Shown: positions 57,594 to 64,000 of the stretch, piece after piece
How the letters are laid out: the number at the start of each line of letters is the position of its first letter
Position numbering within the stretch: the first letter of the stretch is position 1
DNA from: Candidatus Bathyarchaeota archaeon
GTDB lineage: Archaea; Thermoproteota; Bathyarchaeia; Bathyarchaeales; Bathycorpusculaceae
Assembly (NCBI GenBank): GCA_963767735.1
Contig: CAVYES010000006.1
Location: forward strand, 352,001 to 416,000
Direction of reading: 5' to 3'
DNA: 64,000 bases
Translations under genes and position numbers: made by a program
Notes under the pieces: generated by a model
Told to the model about the DNA's origin: nothing
Databases searched by the model: none
The model's input: only the letters and a program-made list of their open reading frames with translations

Positions 57594-58121
57594 TTATCTA
57601 AGCGTGTTCTCGACGCGGACGAGCGGTTTGCCCATTATATCTCGGATTGTGTTAGCTGCTGCGAATGGGTCGCGGATAAGCAAAAGTTTCGTTTGGCGTT
57701 CACCCTGAGAATTGATTGTTATATCTCCATAACCAAAGATTCTGCCGCCAAGAGACTGGTAAACTAGTAAATCTCCAAAGCCCATCGGCGTAACTACAAA
57801 CGAATGGAGCCCAATGACGCCGCGTCGAATTTCAATTCCATCTTGCCGTAACATGTACGTATGGGAAAACCAAAAAATCAACAGCCCCAGTAAGCTAAGC
57901 AGCCAAATCACCCCGAACGCCAAAACCGTCCAAGCAAAAATTGGCAAACCGGCTAAGGAAGATGAAAAGACGCCAGAGTAACTTTCAAGCCAAAGAAAGA
58001 AGACTAAAACCACAAAAACAGTGACCGTGCGAATGACAACCGACGGAATAACCCAAGGTTTTTTCACCCAAACAACATTTCTCTGTTGAACATGCGAATC
58101 AGAAGACAAACCAAAACACAT
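57594..58121 (-). CDS. Membrane protein with bacterial PH (bPH_2) domain
   Basis: Two TMs, then YMLRQDGIEIRRG...QSLGGRIFGYGDITI. Confidence 0.85.
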   Translation of the reverse strand: MCFGLSSDSHVQQRNVVWVKKPWVIPSVVIRTVTVFVVLVFFLWLESYSGVFSSSLAGLPIFAWTVLAFGVIWLLSLLGLLIFWFSHTYMLRQDGIEIRRGVIGLHSFVVTPMGFGDLLVYQSLGGRIFGYGDITINSQGERQTKLLLIRDPFAAANTIRDIMGKPLVRVENTLR

Positions 58122-58254
58122 CCACTAGGCAATAAGTAAAAAGTGTATTTAAATATTCAAGGCTTAAGCAATAAGACATTCAATACAGCAACTCCCAAAA
58201 AATACGCCTAAAGCATTAAATGGGTCTTTGAGAGTATTTTATTTGTGATTTTTG

Positions 58255-58419
58255 ATGCCTGCACCAAAACCTAAAGCAAATGAGTCTGAGCGAGATTTTA
58301 TTTCCAGATGCGAAAAATTCATGCATGAAGAAAACAACAGCAAACCTGAAGCTGAGACGCGTTCCAACGAACAGATCACGGCCATTTGTTACTCAACTTG
58401 GCGCAAAAACAAAAGCTGA
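58255..58419 (+). CDS. Hypothetical micro-protein, 54 aa
   Basis: Manual translation MPAPKPKANESERDFISRCEKFMHEE...EQITAICYSTWRKNKS; followed by a T-rich stretch. Confidence 0.7.
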   Translation: MPAPKPKANESERDFISRCEKFMHEENNSKPEAETRSNEQITAICYSTWRKNKS

Positions 58420-58714
58420 GATTAGGGCGAACACACCTTTTTCTTTCCTGACTTTCTAACAAAAACAAGCTTTTAAAGTCTGAGGATGTAGAACAATCGG
58501 TAAATGTTCTATAATTTTTCAGTAAAGTTCTAATTAAAAACAGTCGCGCTTAACTCTGAGTAAGAAAAGACTTTTGTCAAGTAAATAATCAACTCCTCAT
58601 TCGTCAACTCAACTTGAATCGGCAAAGTAATAATTTTGTAAAGAACCTGCTCAGAACAACTAGGCGAATCAACCTAACTTATCAATGTAACCTTTTTAAA
58701 AAGAGAATAAAAGG

Positions 58715-58945
58715 TCATAGTTGTGTTACTGTTATCGCTGATACGGGACAAGTTTTAGCTGTGTCTTGAGCATCAGCTATTTTGTCATCGTCGAATACGT
58801 TGGAAGATTTTGATTCGTCCGTTTGCCCACTAACCACACTAGATTGCTGGTTTTTGCCCGCTTTAAAATGAAGGCTGTCAGTCGCATAACACGCAGCAGT
58901 TGAAACGCATGTTTTCAAATCAACTTCAACTTTGTATTTAACCAT
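58715..58945 (-). CDS. Single-cluster ferredoxin (probably 3Fe-4S)
   Basis: VEVDLKTCVSTAACY...TCPVSAITV. Confidence 0.8.
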   Translation of the reverse strand: MVKYKVEVDLKTCVSTAACYATDSLHFKAGKNQQSSVVSGQTDESKSSNVFDDDKIADAQDTAKTCPVSAITVTQL

Positions 58946-59187
58946 AAAAACACCAATTAAATCTCTATCAAATGAATTATTAAACGTTTTCAAAATTGCA
59001 CCGTTAGAAAACTTTAATTACACGTTTAAGTTAAAATTATTTGAGGTTTTTTCTCGTGAATTTTAACGGCGTAACTATTACTCTTCTGTATCCAGAGAAT
59101 TATCAAGCCAATTAAAGTTACCAGTATGACTTACTCCAGCCAAAATTAGATCAAACATTGGAATTATGCGATCATGGATTGGTTTGT

Positions 59188-59346
59188 TTAGACTTTTCTT
59201 TTTGCTCCGCAGTTTGGACAAATCGTTACGGTTTGGGGAAAAAGAGTTGCGCAGTATTTGCACGGTACCATAACATCTTCGTGGTTGACCTCTTCGTTGT
59301 CATCATCGGATTCTGAGCCACAACCACATCCATACATTTTAGTCAT
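59188..59346 (-). CDS. Small zinc-ribbon protein
   Basis: GCGCG, acidic linker, CKYC...CPNCGA. Confidence 0.7.
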   Translation of the reverse strand: MTKMYGCGCGSESDDDNEEVNHEDVMVPCKYCATLFPQTVTICPNCGAKRKV

Positions 59347-59348
59347 TT

Positions 59349-59672
59349 CTAGCGAATTCTGCTCATCATGCCTCTGCAAAACCCAATCATCCAATTGTAG
59401 GTTGGTTTGAGGATGTTGCTGGTAGTTGTCGAAGGTGTGCTCGATTGCTGTGGGAGTGTTCCAACTGCACCAGAGTATCCGTAGCCTCCCATCATGCCGT
59501 CCCTTCCCATCATTCCGCCGTTGGTGCTTCCGTAGGATGTTGCTGTGTTTGGAGAGTTTGTTGTTGCGGACGTGCCGATGCGTCCACCCGTGTAGGCGTA
59601 AGCCGACGCAATTAGCAGTGCAGCGGCCAGGGCTACAAGGGTTAATGCGGCAATTATTTTTAAAGTTTTCAT
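59349..59672 (-). CDS. Secreted or membrane-anchored Gly/Met-rich low-complexity protein
   Basis: Signal-like MKTLKIIAALTLVALAAALLIASAYA; GGMMGRDGMMGG. Confidence 0.7.
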   Translation of the reverse strand: MKTLKIIAALTLVALAAALLIASAYAYTGGRIGTSATTNSPNTATSYGSTNGGMMGRDGMMGGYGYSGAVGTLPQQSSTPSTTTSNILKPTYNWMIGFCRGMMSRIR

Positions 59673-60146
59673 TTTTAATTTACCTCTACAATACATCTGT
59701 GGCTGCGTTTGGTATAGAAGTTGGCTGAAACAGTCTTGAAACATTTTTTTGAAGGTAGTGAAACAGTTTAGTTGGAGCTTTTTGTCTTTGCCTTGCTAAC
59801 CCAGTTAGAGATTGTGACCTCATTCGTATCTCCAAGAGGTTTTACTTGACTATTCCACATTCGGCAAGCGAGCTACAATCCGGTGAGTTTTAAGTCGTCT
59901 AATTCTTGCGCTTCTTTTTCTAAGTACTTTTGAAGATACTTGCTCTGATGAGCAATCAACGTGTTGAGCGCTTTTTGTTCTTCGGGACTCATGGTCTTAA
60001 AGATCACTTCGCAAGAGTTAGGAGCCACGTTCGAAGTAGGAAGGAATCCTTTAGTCGTGTGTGATTGGTTAGTTGAGACAGCAAATCTTCTTATTATGAA
60101 ATATACATTTCCGTTAATGTCCAAAAGCATAATAAGGTGAATTTTT

Positions 60147-60518
60147 GTGAAAATTGTAGATAAAATAATTCTTACCCATTTGGGAGTACGCGACATGGAT
60201 AAAGCTAAAGCGTTCTATACTGATGTTTTAGGCTTTGAAGTAACTCAAGATACCAAGTGGGGGAAAGGAAACCGCGGCGTGTTCGTTGTTCCTCCCGGCG
60301 GCGGCACATACCTTGCTCTTGATTTTATTTCCGAAGTAAACAAGTTCGATACAGGAAGAGTTTTCTTTCTTTCAACAGCGGATGTTGAAGCAGCATACAA
60401 GGCAATTAAAGCAAAGGGCGTTAAGCCAAACAGCGAAATCATGCCCTATCCGCCAGGCGGCAGATTCTTCAGCGTCAATGATCCTGATGGCAACGTCTGG
60501 AACATTCTACAATCATAG
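60147..60518 (+). CDS. VOC/glyoxalase family protein
   Basis: HLGVRDMDKAKAFYTDVLGF, DPDGN. Confidence 0.9.
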   Translation: MKIVDKIILTHLGVRDMDKAKAFYTDVLGFEVTQDTKWGKGNRGVFVVPPGGGTYLALDFISEVNKFDTGRVFFLSTADVEAAYKAIKAKGVKPNSEIMPYPPGGRFFSVNDPDGNVWNILQS

Positions 60519-60614
60519 AGCTTGCGGGTTCCTGATTAATCAATTCAGTGAATCTTTCGACAACCATTTTTCTTGGAAAAAAGACCGACATGACGGCGGG
60601 AAAATACAGGTGCG

Positions 60615-60956
60615 TTAGGCCTGTGCGGGTAGTACCTCACGAACCTCTACTGAACCGCCGTTCTCGAAAATCGGACATGCTTTAAGTTTTGAAACAGCGC
60701 TGTCGTAGTCGTCAGCTTCTATCACGATATATCCGCCGACTAACAAGCTACTGAACTCAACATTCGAGACATTTTCGCCGTTCTTGCCGGATATTATCTT
60801 GCCTTCCGGTCTAAGCCTGTTTCCAAGCCGCATATCTTTTGAGACATACTTGGCCCAATTGGTAAAGCGGCTTAGATACTCATCAGTTAATTTCTCCTTG
60901 GGCAACCCGCCACGGAACAAAACGACATAAGTGTTCATCTGAAAACCAGTATCCAA
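60615..60956 (-). CDS. YciI-family protein
   Basis: YVVLFRG, GNRL, VGGYIVIEADDYDSA, CP...GSVEVR. Confidence 0.85.
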   Translation of the reverse strand: MDTGFQMNTYVVLFRGGLPKEKLTDEYLSRFTNWAKYVSKDMRLGNRLRPEGKIISGKNGENVSNVEFSSLLVGGYIVIEADDYDSAVSKLKACPIFENGGSVEVREVLPAQA

Positions 60957-60999
60957 AGCTTATTTATCCATGTTTAAATAAATAAATATTGGTGAAAAG

Positions 61000-61404
61000 A
61001 TGCCGCAAAATAAAGCAGTTGATGATGCATCTCGACTGATAGACGCTAGAATCCAGGAGCTAGGCGACTGGCGCGGAGAGATGCTTTCCCGCCTCCGTGC
61101 GTTGATCAAGCAAGCCGACCCTAAAGTCGTCGAGGAAGTAAAGTGGATAAAGCCGTCCAATCCACTGGGCGTCGCGGTTTGGTCTCACGACGGTTTGATC
61201 TGCACTGGCGAGATCTACAAGAATGCCGTAAAGATGACATTTCCCAGGGGCGCCTCGTTGGATGACCCCTCAGGTCTCTTCAATTCTTGTCTCGAGGGTA
61301 GCGAGAGGCGTGCCATCGACTTCCATGAAGGCGACAAGATTAACGAGGAGGCTCTGAAAACTCTTATTCGCGCCGCCGTGACCCTGAACACGTCCCCAGC
61401 CTAG
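61000..61404 (+). CDS. DUF1801 domain protein
   Basis: DWRGEMLSRLRALIKQADP..VEEVKW, GASLDDPSGLFN. Confidence 0.9.
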   Translation: MPQNKAVDDASRLIDARIQELGDWRGEMLSRLRALIKQADPKVVEEVKWIKPSNPLGVAVWSHDGLICTGEIYKNAVKMTFPRGASLDDPSGLFNSCLEGSERRAIDFHEGDKINEEALKTLIRAAVTLNTSPA

Positions 61405-61776
61405 ATGGCTGAGGGAATTCTCCCTCGTCTACTTCACTAACCTTTACCAGAACAACGGTCTTTTCAAGGTTTAGAATCATTAATGGGTCTGCACGAGGGG
61501 TTCAAAACCTTTTTCTTTAGACCGGCGATAAAGTTTGTTTTTTACCAAGTTTGTCGTCTGGGCGAGGCGCTGAGGGGGATCCATAGCCCCAATTTACCAG
61601 TAAAAAGTGGTTCCTTGGCGGTCAGAGGTGAGTCGGACCAGAGCGGCCTCTGTCGAATGAACTTTTATATAACGCCAATTTTCTTTCTTTAAAAATGAAT
61701 AAGGGTCGACCGATAGTCATAAAAATGTGAGAAAGAGGCGAGAATAAATTTGGTGCGATTTCCGAAAATGGAATTT

Positions 61777-61977
61777 ATGAAACATAAGCATGAAGATTGC
61801 GCTAACTTTGATAATGGAACTTGCAGGTTTTTTCATTTTACTAATCTGGAACCTAAAGGGTCAGCTTGCCCACATTTCAAAGCCAAGGCCAAGGAAAAAA
61901 AGGCTGAAGCAAAAACGGTGCTACAAAACTCAACTGATGCTGCAAGAATTGAGCAAAATAAGGCCTCTGGTACTTGA
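61777..61977 (+). CDS. Small Cys-containing hypothetical protein
   Basis: HEDCANFDNGTCRFF...ACPHFK; start position uncertain. Confidence 0.5.
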   Translation: MKHKHEDCANFDNGTCRFFHFTNLEPKGSACPHFKAKAKEKKAEAKTVLQNSTDAARIEQNKASGT

Positions 61978-62045
61978 AACCAAAATGGTTCAGAACCTTG
62001 AATGGGGCTGTAGAGCCCAAGTCTTGCCTAATCCAAGCAAGGGGA
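61969..62045 (-). repeat. Decayed duplicate of tRNA-Pro and its 3' flank
   Basis: 61969-62010 matches 63285-63326 at 35 of 42 nt. TAGAGCCCAAGTCT (62011-62024) equals 63349-63362. The 22 nt covering the T-arm are missing. Confidence 0.75.
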
Positions 62046-62048
62046 CAG

Positions 62049-62450
62049 TCAGGGTAATTTCTGAAAACCGGCCTGCCTAAAGTGATTATCAAAAGTGAAT
62101 GCTTCGGTGATTAAAAGGTCTCTCATTGAAGCGAAACTTGTGCAGTCAGTGAAACTCCATGAATCACTTGCTTTCTTGAACATATCTAATGCTTCTTCGA
62201 ATATGTTTTCACCTATCCAAAAGACGCGTATGCTTTTGCTTCTCCTTATCTTGTCAATAAAATTTATAGCAACAAGAAGCCCTTTTTTGGATTGCAGGAG
62301 AGTCAGGGTTTCATCGAGTACATAATCAGTTGTGATAAGTATGCCGTGCTTTGCAGAGGCTATTTCGACTAGGAATTTTTGCGCACTTTGATGGTTGACT
62401 TCATCTTCCGCTTCTAAGGCAAACCATGCGCTTGAATCAACAAAAATCAT
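62049..62450 (-). CDS. vapC: VapC-family PIN-domain toxin
   Basis: MIFVDSSAW, TDYVLDET, SFTDCTSF, FTFDNHF. Confidence 0.92.
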   Translation of the reverse strand: MIFVDSSAWFALEAEDEVNHQSAQKFLVEIASAKHGILITTDYVLDETLTLLQSKKGLLVAINFIDKIRRSKSIRVFWIGENIFEEALDMFKKASDSWSFTDCTSFASMRDLLITEAFTFDNHFRQAGFQKLP

Positions 62451-62682
62451 GAGGTTCACTGTATAGATATTTGTCATGGTCTTCTGAAATGTTCTCTTGT
62501 TTTCCCGTCCGTTTTGCACTCGGGGGTTCGGTGAAGATAGGGTCATGGGGGTCTACACAGCCTTCCACAGTGTTTCTGATTGATTGCCTGAGAACCTCTT
62601 TGATTGTCTTGGAGTTTTTCTTGGCATATTCCTCTAGAAGTTTATGTTCGGCTTCAGTCAAGGTTGTTTGAACAACACGCAT
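62437..62682 (-). CDS. Probable RHH-type antitoxin
   Basis: VVQTTLTEAEHKLL...EVLRQSI, C-terminal SEDHDKYLY; overlaps vapC. Confidence 0.85.
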   Translation of the reverse strand: MRVVQTTLTEAEHKLLEEYAKKNSKTIKEVLRQSIRNTVEGCVDPHDPIFTEPPSAKRTGKQENISEDHDKYLYSEPHDFC

Positions 62683-63318
62683 GTTACATCATGCATTCCA
62701 TATGGAGAATGAAACTTTAAAACATTGCTATAGCGTTCAAACCGTTCGCTGAAACCAAAACCGACCTGTCCCTGATGACAATATGCTAGGCGGCATGAAA
62801 AAAACTAAGAGGAACGGGCGGGAACTGTTCGGCAACGGACCGCCCTCACCTCATAAATCAGCCGTCAACGTACATGGTTTCTTCCCACAACAACCGCCAC
62901 TTCAGTGCAAACTCGTACCGGTAAAATTAGGTCAAAATCGTGCACTCTCAACATGCGAAAAGTTCAAAATAGGCACAGTTTTCCATGCAAAAGGTTCACA
63001 ACTTCCAAGGCAATCAACACTGGTTTAACCCGATTTCCAGTTTTAAGCCCAATCCAGCCTTCTTCCGCAGGTAAAAAACGAGAAAATTGAACCCTTAAGT
63101 TCAATTTCCATGAAATGCAAGTTATATTTCTTAGAAGCTGCCCTCAGAGAACCGCCTCAAAGTCGCTATAAGACAGTCGTTATCCATTCACCGAACGGCA
63201 ACCGAAAACAGCAATCTTTGCAGCAAGGCATCTACCTGCGCGGGATTTGAACCTAAAAATTGGTGCGGTTGTAGTGAGCTCGCGGGTACTTGAATCTGGA
63301 ACGGTTAAGAACCTTTAA

Positions 63319-63393
63319 TGGGGCTGCCCGGATTTGAACCGGAGTCTATAGAGCCCAAGTCTACAAGCCTAGACCAAGCTAGCCCACAGCCCC
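63319..63393 (-). tRNA. tRNA-Pro(TGG), no intron, CCA not encoded
   Basis: GGGGCTG...GTAGA-CTTGGGC-TCTAT...TCCGG-TTCAAAT-CCGGG-CAGCCCC-A cloverleaf. Confidence 0.95.
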
Positions 63394-63677
63394 TTGTCTT
63401 TTCCTGAACAAGGCTATTTCCAGAGTTTATTAGGTCAACATTCTTTGCTTAACCTATTTGACCACTCTAAACCTTTTCAGTTGTCAGAGAGATGGATTGT
63501 GCTTTTAATAAAGTTTTCAGGGATTCAATGCTTTGAGGATGATACTCAAACTGGGGTTTACCCTCCTTCTTGCCTATGTAATGTCTAGCTCCGCCGTAAG
63601 CTGAGCTCGCAATTGGCTCTGAGGGATAATTGTATAAGAGACACTTTGCCAGAAACTTGACATTCTAACTTAACCAT
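63394..63677 (-). pseudogene. Degraded ORF running into the 5' end of tRNA-Pro
   Basis: MVKLECQV.GK... then, frameshifted, ARHYIGKKEGKPQFEYHPQSIESLKTLL with internal stops. Confidence 0.4.
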
Positions 63678-63786
63678 TTAATCTTCATTTAGATTCTTCC
63701 ATAGGTTTGGACCCTGGAGTGGTCAACTTTGGATATAAAGACCATTAAGAACTAATTTTGGAGCGTATCTGTATTTTTCTAATAAA

Positions 63787-63930
63787 TTAAACATACAATG
63801 ATTGATTAACTGTTACTGTGAAGTTATTGTGGCATTTTGCACAATGATAGGCTTGAATAGTAAAACTATATTTTTTCATTTCCCTTGAAGGTTTGTCTAC
63901 TTCTTTCCCACAGTTAGGGCAGTGAGCCAT
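63787..63930 (-). CDS. CPxCG zinc-finger micro-protein, 47 aa
   Basis: Manual translation MAHCPNCGKEVDKPSREMKKYSFTIQAYHCAKCHNNFTVTVNQSLYV. Confidence 0.7.
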   Translation of the reverse strand: MAHCPNCGKEVDKPSREMKKYSFTIQAYHCAKCHNNFTVTVNQSLYV

Positions 63931-64000
63931 TGAGCATCAATCTTTCTTCATGGATGCAATAAGGATATGAATATTATGAACTTAGAATATGTAATCCAAC

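Noticed and set aside
59873-60196. 107-aa minus-strand ORF
   Set aside because: Its 5' part overlaps the VOC gene and promoter. Only the 3' half might be coding, so support is insufficient.
62772-62801. CTGATGA...GAAA as a hammerhead ribozyme
   Set aside because: Stem II does not close next to the core (C...T), and I find no stem I/III or cleavage triplet.

Overview
Archaeal chromosomal window. The gene content and protein families suggest TACK, most likely Bathyarchaeia; this is an inference. Core blocks: a proteasome-exosome operon (psmA-SBDS-rrp4-rrp41-rrp42-rpl37ae ... pcc1), the rps13-rps4-rps11-rpoD-rpl18e-rpl13-rps9-rpoN operon, a split archaeal glutamate synthase cluster, phoU, a Lon-like protease, dph6, serA, glyA, a P3A H+-ATPase and a MarR-ABC exporter. 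Between them are accessory patches with three toxin-antitoxin modules, pseudogenes and many unannotated micro-proteins. There are two tRNA genes: tRNA-Pro(TGG), and a D-loop-intron tRNA with a Glu-type body but a CTT (Lys) anticodon. Unexplained structure: (i) a four-copy dispersed element made of a 10-bp-periodic array of variable sequence plus a conserved CTAAACCAAAAAAGCAAC core, one copy beside a decayed tandem-AbrB-like gene; (ii) decayed tRNA fragments next to accessory modules; (iii) a ~160-nt intergenic sequence with two mutually exclusive folds; (iv) two recurring palindromic operator families. Two single-base frameshifts in housekeeping-type genes may be sequencing errors. All product calls come from reading motifs by eye; no searches were run.
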